Positions 26,454 to 39,678 of a stretch of DNA of 64,000 nt are shown here, in pieces. Under the pieces are notes generated by a model. The model did no database searches. It was not told the origin of the DNA and saw only the letters and a list, made by a program, of their open reading frames with translations. This stretch comes from Trichosphaerium sp. ATCC 40318 (lineage: Eukaryota; Protista; Tubulinea). Every line of letters starts with the position of its first letter. Within the stretch, counting starts at the first letter, position 1. The DNA lies in contig JALMLS010000474.1 in NCBI GenBank assembly GCA_038496445.1, forward strand, positions 74,568 to 138,567. Direction: 5' to 3'. A program made the position numbers and the translations under genes.

Positions 26454-26852
26454 AAATGCTGCGTTGTGAGGTAAATACTGCGGAAATTGTAAAACTTAAG
26501 AATGAACTTAACCTCAGCTAACGGTCATTGAACAAGAGTGAGACCCTTGCAAAGCAGGCTCTGTACACTACTTCCTAAGTTAGCGCTAAACAGTTTCCAA
26601 CTAAATCACTTCGCAACCTCAGTTTACTACCTTAGAAGAAATTATGTTTTTAGCCGTTAGCCCTCATCAGCAACTGCTTTGATATTGTTAAGAACCTCGC
26701 TATGTATGTTGTGATAGCTTTATTAGTTCATTGACTTGTACTCAGCGTTGGTCAATTCAAAGATACAACCAAATACTATTCTGACAAGTTATTTGAATTT
26801 TTTTTTGTGCACGTGAGCATTATCAAAAAAAATACATACAAACAACACATCA

Positions 26853-29800
26853 CATGGCCGAACAGAGGTAAGTATTATCGTTAAAAACTTTCAATTACGC
26901 GTTTGTAATTCCATACTAACACGATTGTGACCTCTAGGGTGGAGTTTAGCATTTACCCAAGTCTACGAAAGTGGGAGGATGCTCAATGCTTCCCAAATGA
27001 GGTTCGATTAAACCGTAAGACGACTAGATGGAACATTGTGCATATAACCGTGCGTTTAGTAAAAAAAAAGTACTATTGACGTAATAATGATAGATATGGG
27101 GTTGTGACGCGCAAAGTAAGCTAGTAGAGTTGAATTTGATCCCTACAGGTTCAATTGTGAATGATGCCGTTACAAGGCGTTGGCAAGTATATAAACGCGG
27201 TAGAAAGGCTGCTTCTAAAGAATTGAGGTACGTTAGAGACGATACTATCAAGTTTGGCTAGAACGCGGTTAATTTAACTCTCACGGTCGTTAGAAAATGG
27301 AAACTAGTACGTGATGGCGATAAAATATCAATTTCTTGCCTTGTCTCGTTTGGAAGCGCCAGTTATCAAGATATATGGGTAAAAAACAACAAGGGGGGCA
27401 TTGTCGCTATGGTACGCGTTTGATTTGAAGGCTGCAGGTGGAATTCTACGCACTTTATGATTTTTTGAATAAAAATTTCGATATTTCTGTCTAACTGATT
27501 GCTAGCTTCGTGCGGACTTGAAACTAGCGAATAGTGATGGACCACATGTGTTATTATCGCAGGAAATCATTGTACAACGGGTATGTTAGATGGCAATCCA
27601 TTTCTCCACGTTTTTTTTTTTTTTTTTCCTGTATTTTTGCTGCTTAGTTTAATACTTTCTTTTTATAGTTCAAGGAAGGAGTTAAAGCGCCAAGTACTGT
27701 AAGTATACTTTATAATGCTTATTGAATGATTGTATTAACTCGTTTTAGAAAAAAAGAGCACTGGAAGAGAGTAAAGCGACAGATGGATCAGGGCTTATTT
27801 TCGTAGACGAGAGACCTGCTAAGCGAGTCCATAAGGACATAGAACTCGATGTTATGATAGATGCATCAACTAGGGAGTCACTTCTGGCTAATGTGGAACC
27901 GTTAGATGGAATAGAACAAGATTTCAGTCCAGAAGTAACTTATATTGAAGAAAACGCTACTAACCTTGTGGCTTATGGTACGAACTTGCTATTACTTCTA
28001 TCGCTTGTTTGGCTTCCAAATGGGACCTGACGTTTTCTAGCAAAGCAAATGGATAAAGGTGGAGTTGAGGATCAGTGGCATATAGGAAACTCTGTACTTG
28101 AGAGACTAGCAAATGCTTGGGATGATCTAAAACTCAGAAAGCAAATTGAAAAAGAATTGACTTTACCATCCAATGGAGACTATATGGATACCTTTGAGCC
28201 TATGGAAAATCGTGTGCCATGGATGGGAGGATCTACTAATAAAGCTGGCGTGGTACGTTAATGCTTGAAATCTACACGTGGGTCAGAACGTCTCACTAAC
28301 TCCAACCTTTTTTTTTTCCTTTTTTTTATTTACATTAACTTCAGGCGTTTGGCGCGTTTGCTGTTTTGGTAATCGTCGTACTCATAGGAAGTGTTGCGTA
28401 TATGTCACTAAAGGCTGTATGTATGAATTTTCAGAAAAGAAGATGCTTAGTTGGTTGACAATTCCTCTAGGACGAAGGACCGAAACCTCCATCTGCTGAC
28501 AATCAATTCTCGAATGAAACTAAAGTTATGATACGTGTTACATTACAAAGACAGATGTTGGTCTTGGCGGGACCGTTTATAAAGGAAGTGAGTTTTAATG
28601 ATACTATAATAAGTGTAACTGCTACTGAAATTGGTACACTGATACTTACTTCTAATGGTGTCTCTCAATCGCTTATATTACAAAAACAAGGTAAAAAAAT
28701 TTTATGGCTTTTCAAATATCTTCTTCTGCTTGTACCTGACTCTGAACTTTAGATAAGACTTCTAAGACAATCCACAAGTTTAACCATACAAGATACCTTG
28801 AGATTTATTCGCGTGGTGGTTATATAGCTGTTATAAGAAACTACACTCGGTACTATCTCTTGTTTCTTTTTCTTGACCTTTTTTTTTAACTTTCTTTTTC
28901 TTTCAGCAAGTTTCTATATTGTTCAGGTGTAGAACATTGCGTTCTGCGCGAAGTAAATGATACATGGTCTGATGATGTAGATAATATACAATACAGTTCA
29001 CAACAAAACGCATTATATGCGTTAGTATCATCAAAGACTATCAAACACGAGGTACGTTAAAAACTTTGACTTCAAACAAAGCACAGAAAATGTTCTTCTT
29101 CTTACTTCCTACTGAACGCTTAAGACCCTGATGTATGCTTTAACCAACATACTATTGAACCGCAGAATTTTTATAGCGCTTATTTTTTATTGAACCTAAC
29201 ACGTGTTTAGTCAAAATTATATCTATTTTCTGGTCACAAATGGGTTGAGGAAACAAAAAACCCTTCTACCGAAATTTTTGTCCCATTTTCTCGTACGTAT
29301 ATAAAAAAGCTACATCCGTGTATGGTATCTAATTGATAAACCTACAGGCAATATAATCGCTGCACAGAATAATTCAGACAACACGACGAAGCTTGTTTTT
29401 AAAGACATTGAGTTGACACTTCCTTTCAAACCGTCTATGGTTTCTCTACATACATATGACAACTATGTATATGCTATAGCTGAAAAAGATGGAATGAATA
29501 GTATATGGAAGATTGAAATTTTGTTGAAACATTGGGTACGTTCAACCAACAATCCTTTTTTTTTTTTTTCTTGTTTTTTTCGCAATACCCAAAAAAAGTG
29601 AAGAATTTGAGGTATTGTCACTTTTGCTAAAGTATTTTCTTTAAATTATACGCATTGTTATTTCTTGAAAGTATTAAGCGCTCGTGATGTCCTACAATGA
29701 AGTTAGAGTTAAACCTTTACGTTAAACGTTTTTTTTTTTTGTTTTTTTTGTCCACTCACACTTAGGGCCTTACGCTTATTTCAACAACAAACACTTATAT

Positions 29801-30282
29801 TTTCTACAGAAGACAAAGTTAGAAACACATACCAAAGTTGAATCAATACAGGCAAAGAAGAAAACATTTGTTTGTCTTTTTCTCGTTTTATTCTCACAAA
29901 TTTTCCATTTAGGACGGCCTTCCGCTACCTACAAATAACAGCTCCTTATATACTAGCTTTCTAAAAGATAGGATATACTATGTTACTAATGGTACGTCTA
30001 TAATAAACAAATAGTGCACTTGGGAACCTAGTTACTAACTGAAAGAAAAAACTAGGAAAACTTTTTACAATATTGATGAAAACAGCAGTACAGAAAAAAC
30101 AACGTCATACCAAACCATTCGATTTATCATGGTGTGGTAACGTAAAAGATATGGCTACAATAACTGGGTATACATATAGTGAGATTGTATTGGTATGTGG
30201 AGGTCAAGAAGGAACATCAAAAAAAATATCTTCTGTATTTGATATGCACGGTACTTTAGATTCTATAGCGATGGTACAATAA
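26853..30282 (+). CDS. Multi-exon hypothetical protein
   Basis: Regular short exons bounded by GTAC/GTAA..AG introns. No domain recognised. Confidence 0.5.
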
Positions 30283-30629
30283 ATGTATAACACTCACAAT
30301 AAATGTAAATGCAATAAATAATAATAAAACAAAACTAACACTATGGTTCGGCGTAAATACTTTCAAAAATCCGAGGAGTAAATGTACAACACGTGACGAC
30401 AAATTAGAAAGTGACGAGAAAATGGAACGAGTTTGGCACCACAAAATGGATTAGAATGCGCTTTGATATGTATTCATCTGGAACATTGCATTAGCGATTG
30501 AATTGGAAGTTGTAAATGTAGGGTATTTTCAGACAAGCAACTATTTGTGCCAACGAAAAATCACGTCAGTTTTTTGACGGTATTTGACCTAAAATACAAA
30601 AAAAACCAAAGAGCAAGATTTAGTGTATC

Positions 30630-33286
30630 ATGGCCAGTTCACAGCTCCCTCTTGTTGCTATATTTGCCTGCTTTATAGTTGCTACAAGCGCTTTTTCAAC
30701 CTTTTTTTTGAGTGCATGTCCGGCAAGAGGTGATTTATGTGCCGGGATGTGTTCGAACGCGTACGTATTAGTTTTTTGAGAGAAAATTTTTTCCATCTTA
30801 CGTAATGACAGGGCAGACAATACACTACCTGTAAACGTTGAATCTGATGTATTTACAACCGGTTACGAACCAGGAGAAACGTATGACATTACAATAGATA
30901 TAGGAAGTGGTGAAAGCTGGAGAGTACGCTAAAACTATACACGTGATCATCTTTTTGGGACAAATAGTTTTGGTATTGTTTTTTTTGATTTCGTACATCA
31001 AAAAATCACGTGGATAAGATATTTGGATAGTAATGTCTTTAGGGATTTGTAATGTCCTTTTTCGACTCCGGAAACGTCGAAAGAGGTACTTTTAGTACCT
31101 CTGACACTAAATTTGATGCATCTTCTGCAAACATGTTATGTACACAAGGTATAAGGCACGCAGACGCTACCCCTGTTAGCGACACAAGGACTATTCAATG
31201 GACAGCCCCTGCTAGTGTTTCAGGCGATCTAACTGCCCAAGTACGTCTATAGTATATGATAGTACACGATATATAGCGTTAGCCTATGGTTTAATAGGTT
31301 GGCCGAAAGATACGGCCAAACCGGGCTTCTTGTGATTTTTTTTATGACGCTCTATGCTTATTCTGTTCGCTCTATTAGGCTTGGGTTGTTCTTAATCGTG
31401 CAGGAGCAGCAGGGTGCAGGTGGTTGGATCTTAGTAATACAGTATCGGTATTACAGCAAACAGAAGCGCCAACAGACGCACCAACTGATGCTCCAACTGA
31501 TGCACCAACAGACGCTCCAACTGACGCTCCAACTGATGCACCAACAGATGCTCCAACTGACGCACCAACTGATGCACCAACAGACGCTCCAACTGACGCT
31601 CCAACAGACGCTCCAACTGACGCACCAACTGACGCACCAACAGACGCACCAACTGATGCTCCAACAGACGCACCAACTGACGCTCCAACTGATGCTCCAA
31701 CAGACGCTCCAACAGACGCTCCAACAGATGCTCCAACAGATGCTCCAACAGACGCTCCAACAGACGCTCCAACAGATGCACCAACTGATGCTCCAACAGA
31801 CGCTCCAACAGACGCTCCAACAGATGCTCCAACAGATGCTCCAACTGAGGCTCCAACAGACGCACCAACTGATGCTCCAACAGACTCTCCTACTGAAGCT
31901 CCTGTAGCACCAACGACTGAAGCACCAGTACCTATTTTGGTTAGTGTTGGTGACTTTGTGTTCAATGATCGCGATATGACTGGTGTTCAAGGAAAGTACA
32001 AAAAAAAACCTTCGGAATGAATTTGTTACATTGTTTTACCATTCTGTTAACATTTTTTACTTAGGCATCAACTTCCCTTTCAATGATGACATGATTCCAG
32101 TAATTCTATTAAGTGCAGATGGATCACAAATTATTTCACAGACCACTACAAATAACCGTGGTGTCTATGAGTTTAATACACCAGACAATAACCTACAGCC
32201 AGAAACTGACTACATAATTTGTGTTGACTTTATGACAATGACAGAAACAGTTATTTTATCTCCACCTTTTGCTAGTGGTAACCCAGCAACTGATTCAAAC
32301 GGTCAATTAGCTACATATCCTGTATACAGCTCTACGGTACGAGAACCATCCTGAAAAACGTGCCCTTAAACAGAATTTTTTTCTTCAACTTCTCGCTTAA
32401 ACACGGAAGTGCTTAAACGTATCTAAGTTACTACACCGCAGATATCTACATTATAATTTGATATTTCTTCTTTAAATTCATTTATTAACTGCCTTCCTAG
32501 CCATTATCCTGCGCAAACATAACATCTCCGCAAAATGGAAGAAATGATGTGACGGTTGATTTTGGTTTAATAAGAGTAGCAGAACCTACAACAGACGCAC
32601 CAACCAATCCTCCTACTGAAGCACCACCAACAGATGCTCCAACAGCAGTACCTCCTACAGAAGAACCGGCAACAGATGCTCCTACAGAAGCACCACCAAC
32701 AGATGCTCCAACAGATACGCCAGCACCTACAGATGCTCCAACAGATGCTCCAGCTGCAGCGCCTATTGACATTCCTCCAACTATGATACCAACTGCAGTA
32801 CCTTCAGCTCCGCCTACGGATGTTCCTACAACTGCTCCTTCTATGGCTCCTGTTACAAACGCTCCTCCATCGACAGATGCTCCAATAGCACCTACATCAG
32901 AACCTACACCACCACTTGATTCTGACGAGTACGATTAGACTTTCTTTTTTTCTTCCGCCTGAAATTGAGCTGTTTCTGATCTCCTTGGTTTAGAGTTGGA
33001 CCTAAAGTACAAGGAACTGGTTCTGCATTACAATTTGGCAGTGGTTTCCAAGACGCTATTAACCAAGCGTACAATAGCGCTGTGGAAGATTGCACTGAGT
33101 AAGTGAAAAGAAACGAATGTCGCACGTGCGTAACTTATTTTTTATTTTAGATGTTGTGAAGCATTAGATTTCTCGAGTGCTGTACCTTCAAGTTGTATTT
33201 TAGAAGGAGGTTGTAAATACCGTTTTTGTGTAGGAAAATTGACACGACGTGTCACAGCAACATGCACGTGTACCTGCGCGTTATAA
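30630..33286 (+). CDS. Secreted Reeler-like domain + PT(D/E)A mucin repeats + SdrD-B-like domain protein
   Basis: Signal peptide, YEPGETYDITI..IQWTAP (Reeler), (PTDA)n, and SVGDFVFNDRD..TTTNNRGVYEF..TVDFGL (SdrD B-like). Confidence 0.8.
31460..31900 (+). repeat. 12-bp coding tandem repeat CCAAC(A/T)GA(C/T)GC(A/T), about 36 units
   Basis: Encodes PTDA repeats. Variation is almost only at synonymous third positions. Confidence 0.97.
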
Positions 33287-33557
33287 AGAACGATTTTTTG
33301 AACCAAAACGAACTTTAAGAAAAAACACGCACCACAGTCTCACAATTTACTTGGAATAAACGAAGCTTTACCACGGTAAAACTATCCATAATAACAGCCC
33401 AAAATGTGTTTATATGTTCTTATTACATCAACAGAGTACTCTTTACAAATTTATCTTCGAAATCAAAAATTCCTGAAATTTCGCTAATTTTCATGAAGTT
33501 TTTTAAAACAAGTTCTTGTCATCACACAGCACTCAAAACAAATTTAAAAAATACTCA

Positions 33558-35500
33558 ATGGCTTACCTACGCACAATATTATTCGTTTACATGTGCTTGA
33601 ACCTTTTCGCAGGTATTTGAAACTAGAAGTCCACTTTTTCACTCAATACGCGTTTTTAGCGACTCTTGGAGCGTCTCCCAATACTTTCTTCAATCTGGCA
33701 ACGTTTACCGCTGTTCCTTCCCAATTGCAGTCAATGGAGCCCAAAATCGTCAGAGGAACTATAAATGGCCAAGACCTGTATGTTCTATCCTTGGAGACAA
33801 GTACGTGCCAGTTTAAATCAAAATTGTAGCAAACCTTTCCTTTTTTCTCCCAAAATGCTCATCAGTCCTAGCCGTGCAGCCAGCAGATAGAGGAACTACT
33901 ATTCTTATTACAGAGCCAACAGGTATGTAAATGTAATAACCAGTAGTGTTGTATTGTCTTAGTTAATGTGATGTGTAGGCTTGCTTGCAGAGAATAGTAC
34001 TTACGACAACATTTTTATTAAAGATGCGGAAAACGTGGTTATTCCTGAGTTTAATGGAGAGGAATTTCCGGTATTCTACTACTCAACGGTATCCACAAAG
34101 TGGCACTACCAGTTCTTGCACTTTTCAGCGGATACAAAGGTACCTACACCTCAGAAACAAAAACTCGGTTTTCGGTTTTCACAACAATTATTTTTCGATT
34201 TTGACAACTTTTCACGTATTGCTTAACATGCTGGCCTAGAACTTTGTTTTAAACACTACAGTGACTGATATCGATTCGTTGGATGGCTCTGTAGATATAT
34301 TTAATGCGTTCCAAGGCAAGTAATAGCGCAAGGAGATACAATAACAGTTCTTTGCTCATTTTATTTTGTGAAATAGTTGGTAGCGACTACCTCGTGTATG
34401 CTCTCAGTTCTACCAATAGTTCTCTGTACTCTATCACAAAAGATCAAGGACCTGTTTTAACGTTTAATGGTACTTCCCAGCTTAAAGACGAAGCAGAACT
34501 TTATAAAGCACTGATTCTCTGTTTTAGTATCTGATGCCACTTTTGCAAACGACACTGCATCCTCACTTGTACAAGCAGAACCAGGTTGCTTTGTACAAGC
34601 AATAGTAGTAAATGATAAACTAAACATGCAATTTTACAACAACACTTCCAGGGTATGCAGCGAGGCGTTTCATAAGGGATCGTTTTTTGTTTTTTCTTAT
34701 TTTTTTCAAAAAATGAGTTTTGAGCATCACACTTTCACGTGGGTACTCGTATCCGCACTCGTCGGAAATCAACTATCTACCTCATTATTTAACTCAAAAT
34801 TGATTCTTTTTGTTGTAGGCATACAGTGAATTAGGCTTCACAAGCGGTGATCTTAAATCTACCAGGATTGCTTTCAATCCTGAAGCAGAAAGAGTATTCG
34901 CTTATACCACTGTCAATGACGATAGTTCAAACAAAGAAGAAACGCTCAGTTACACGTGTTTCAGAGACTTCACTATTGCGACTGGTGGACCTATTAGAAC
35001 TCCATTGAACAACGTAAAGCCAATTAGCGTAGGTGAATCACAGATATCCCAATTTATTCTTATCGGGACAAGCAATGCTACTGGCAATGTAACTTTCCAT
35101 ATGACTAATCAAAGAGTAAAAGAAGTATCTGTAGGCCAAAATAACATTAATGTCGTCGATGCTATATTCAGTAAAAGCCAATGTCAAGTAGTCGCTATTG
35201 TACAAGACGAATCCTTCAACTTGTATGGAGGTGTTTTTATTCCATCTTCTGATGTTTTTACATGTACTTGTACGTATAGACATGTCTACTGTGATATCTC
35301 TAATTTCTTGCTTAATAGTACCTCCTTCAGCGCCAACAGCAATGCCACCTACAGAACAACCTACTTCGATAGTGCTGTCACCAACACAACAGCCTAGCTC
35401 AGTTCCAATAACTCCTACAGCAAGATCAGGAGCAATTTCACATAGTTATGTAGTATTCATTGTAACGGTGTGTTTAATATTCAGTTTGCTACACATCTAG
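33558..35500 (+). CDS. Multi-exon secreted/surface protein with P/T stalk and hydrophobic C-terminus (GPI or TM anchor)
   Basis: MAYLRTILFVYMCLNLFA start. Ends PPSAPTAMPPTEQPT...SGAISHSYVVFIVTVCLIFSLLHI. Confidence 0.6.
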
Positions 35501-35622
35501 AACTGATGATGTGAACTTGAAAAAAACTGTTCATCAAAAACAAAAAAAATAAATTTGTTGAGAATGAAGCTACAGAGGAGTATTATGATTGTTTTATTAG
35601 ATATAGTTTTAGCCCTATTGTA

Positions 35623-37282
35623 CTACGTTATATTGTTAACAGAGGCAGTCTTGAAGCTGGAGCTATTTCTTTTAAAGGTTTTTGACTTAGGAGGCAGAAA
35701 ACTCAATGATTGCGTGATAGACAATCCGTTGAACATTGTCACAAGTTCAATGAAAAAAATGCTATGTGCTATTGGATTCGATTGCCAGATAGGCCAAAGT
35801 ATCCAAGATATGGCGAGTCTCGCCATATTAAGCATAAAGAATAGACTGAGTGCAACACGAATGAATAATCTTCTGACTGATCCTTTCGATCGGTCCATTG
35901 CAGATTCCGATCTTCTTAGTCTTTGCCATAGTTTATACACTATTATTACAAGATACGCCATCACAATTCCGTTTACACATGTGTGGAAACCAGCGGATAT
36001 AATGAACGAATAAGATGGAAACGGAAACAAAAAGATGCGTAATGCATTCATTGTTGTTTCAAAGAGTATGACTACGAGTGATATGACATAGAACGGAACA
36101 GCTAATTTCTTGATATATGGTGTTACATCAAGGCTCATAGATATCATTGACTCGTGCCAATATAAAGCAATCAAAAGCTTTGACAAGGTTCCGCCAATAG
36201 TGTGAAACGTTTGTCCCACTTCATCATACCTAAACGGATGAAAAATCAGCAACAACTCGCCACTTAAAAACGATTAGTTTTTACCATCCTGGAAGAAGGA
36301 AGAGGTATCCATTTGGCTCTGGAATACACCATGCTAATCTGAAAGCACATGATACTACTTCAATAAGTAGCGCCACCTTTGGTATTGATAAACTGAAGCC
36401 TTCCACACTTACGAACTGATAGCTCCTTGAGGGCGTAGTTAGGCGATAAGTCCCTATTAAAAACATTGTACCTATACAATGCGATAGATAGTGCAATGCC
36501 CGATAGCAGCGCAACATAAACATGTCTCACTTACAACAATTTAGATTGTAACTACAGTTATTGAGAGAATTTGCTCACCTATAGACCAAGAGCTAGCGTA
36601 AACAGTGTACCAACTGTTTTCTGAATGAATAAAGGTTACTGTAGTATTCTCTTCAATGTGAGATACATGGCGCTGTCCAATCACAACAACTCTTAGGTTA
36701 CTTAAGTCATCTAAGCATAATAGATAAGTAAAAAGAAGAATGAAAATCGGAAAATACTAAGTCTAAGTCGATAAATCACGTGGTTCTATATTTAAACAAT
36801 CCCGAAAAAGTACGCACTTATTTTGATAAAGTTACCACGACCAACACGTAAATCATCGCTGGCTTCATAATATTCTACTATACCAACTACTCCTTGCTTC
36901 TCCCATTGCAAATAATTCTTACGGTCGTCTGGGTATTTGGCAAGTACTGCTTTTCCTACACGTGGAGTTTGTAATTGTAATCGAAAGTCCGAAATTGCTT
37001 GATACGATATAGAGCGCTGTTATTACCTTCTAAATTTACTCCTTCGCCTGGTACAACGAGCGATGCATTAAAAGAGTTAAATTCTGTTTTCGCTCCTCTT
37101 CGAAATACATATGTAACGCCAGGGTACTCTATTGTGGTTCCTAATATCGCTATTAAACAAGTTGTTGTCATATGACGTTTTGAAAAAAAACCAAAAGTTA
37201 GAAACAAACCATTTTGAGTTATCACTATGTTTCCTAGTACAATACTAACTATTGTAACCAAAGTTATCAAGCCGTTACGCAT
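35623..37282 (-). CDS. Signal peptide + PA-like domain + multi-pass TM protein, paralog 1
   Basis: GKAVLAKY..WEKQGVVGIVEY (PA-like) followed by several TM helices. Same exon layout as its neighbour. Confidence 0.7.
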
Positions 37283-37427
37283 GTTGATGTGTATTAGAGT
37301 AGTAACAACAAAAATAACGTAATGTTAAGTCATTTCAATCGTAATATCTTTTTTTCTTGGAGTTCGGTTTCATCTTGATTGATAGTTACTGGTATATTAA
37401 ACTGTTTTATTAAAGGTTTTTTGTTCT

Positions 37428-39087
37428 TTAGGTTGTACTATTAACTGTACTATTAACAGATCCAGTTTTGAAACTGTAACTATTTGACTTAGTAGATGTT
37501 GGCTTCGGAGGTAGAAAACTCAATGATTGCGTGATGGACAATCCATTAAACATCACCATGAATTCAATGTAATAAATACTATGTGCTATAGGGTTCGATT
37601 GCCAGATAGGCCAAAATATCCAGAACATAGCAAGCTTTGCTATGTTCGCCATAAAGAATAGACTGAATGCAACACGAAGGAATAATCTTCTGACTGATCC
37701 TTTCGATCCTCCAATAGCTGCTCCTGATCTTCTTAACCTTTGCCACAGTTTAAGCGCTATTACTGTTAGGTACACCATCACAGTTCCGTTCACTGCTGCA
37801 TGGAAAGCAGCAGATATGTAGAATGAATAAGGAGGAATAGGGAACAATACAATGCGTAGAATGTTCAATATTGTTTCAAAGAGTACCAATACTAGCGATG
37901 TGACGTAGAACGGAATAGCTAATTTCTTGACAAAAGGAGTGACGTTGAGGCTCATGGATATCATTGACTCGTGCCAGTATAAAACAATCAAGAGATTAGA
38001 TATATTCGCTCCGATAGTGTGAAACGTTCTTCCTACCTCATCGTACCTAAATACAAAGAGAATTTCAGCACCTAAAGTCACAAAATACAAAAACGTTTAG
38101 TACCATCCTGGAAGAAGGAAGAGGTATCCGTTTGGTTCTGGAATACACCACGCCAATCTGAAAGCACATGATACTATTTCAATGAGTAGCGCCACCTTTG
38201 GTATTGATAGACTAAAGCCCTCTATACTTACGAACTGATAGTACCTTGGACAAGATTAGTTACTATCAAAACACATTGTGACTTAGAACGAACCTGTAGC
38301 ATGCTATAAATAGCGCAATACCTGTAATAAATGCTACAAAAATATGTCTTGCTAAGAACGTATTAGAGGATTAGCTAAGAAGCAACCTAGAAGTTGTATA
38401 CCTATAGACCAGAAGCTCTCGTAAACAGTATACCAACGGTTCTCTGAATGAATAAATGTGACTGTAGTATTCTCTTCAATATGGGATACATGGCGCTGTC
38501 CAATCACAACAACACGTAAATCACTCAAGTCATCTAAGGATATTTGATAAGTAAAAGAAAAGTTTTTGAAAACAATGCGAGAACTCGTGGAATTTCGAGA
38601 AAAAGAAGGGGGTGACTTACTTATTTTGATAAAATTACCACCACCAACACGTAAGTCATCGCTGGCTTCATAATATTCTACTATACCAACTACTCCTTGC
38701 TTCTCCCATTGTAAATATTTCTTACGGTCATCTGGGTATTTGGCAAGTACTGCTTTTCCTACACGTGGAGTTTGTAATTGTATTTGAAAGTCCGAAATTG
38801 ATTGATAAATTAAGCTAACCTTCTAAATTTACTCCTTCGCCTGGTACAACGAGCGATGCATTAAAAGAGTTAAATTCTGTTTTCGCTCCTCTTCGGAATA
38901 CATATGTAACGCCAGGGTACTCTACTGTGGTCCCTGATATCGCAATTAAACAATAATGACGTTTTTGACGAAAAAACCAAAACACCGGCCTTGTAAAAAG
39001 GGTTAGAAACATACCATTTTGAGTTATCAGTATATTCCCTATTACAACGCTAATTATTATAGCCAAAAATATCAAGCTGGTGCGCAT
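37428..39087 (-). CDS. Signal peptide + PA-like domain + multi-pass TM protein, paralog 2
   Basis: Tandem duplicate with highly similar exons and diverged introns. Confidence 0.7.
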
Positions 39088-39678
39088 GTTGCAGTGTATA
39101 AAATGAAGGTTAAGTCGCTTTCTCTTTGAGTGGTTTAAATACACCTCTAAGTGGTATTAATTGACATGAAAGGACATTAATATGAAAATATCCACCTTCC
39201 TCTTTGCAGTAAAATCTATCACTCCGGATCTTTCTTTCTTCAATTACTACTAGTATCTCTTGATAAATTTTATAGGCTCTACAATTGTTTGCTTGTTTTT
39301 AGCTCCAGATAAGACGGAATTCTGTGAACGCGACTGTAACAAAAAGTGAGCTCCAAACAAATTTTCCCAACATGTACAGTGACAATAAAAAAACCGCACG
39401 TGCCTTTCATAGCTACGTCCACCTTTTGTCATGAATGTAATCTTACCAGCATAGTACATTAAATCTAGACTAAATGCTGTTGGCATCAATATTGTTGACT
39501 GCCTTGACACTCTTGTTTGGCATCAAATTCTTATGCATTGCATTTTTCTACGGCCGATTTATAAGCGAACTTTATTCGCCACTTGTAAATGACAGAAAAA
39601 AAAGTCAAACGAAAAATCAGTTCTGCGTTCTCATTAGGACAACATAACTGTGCATACGTTTATCTTTAGCCAAAGAAA

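Noticed and set aside
31299-31990. Multiple overlapping long ORFs on both strands
   Set aside because: Artefact of the stop-free 12-bp repeat. Third-position variation identifies PTDA as the real frame.
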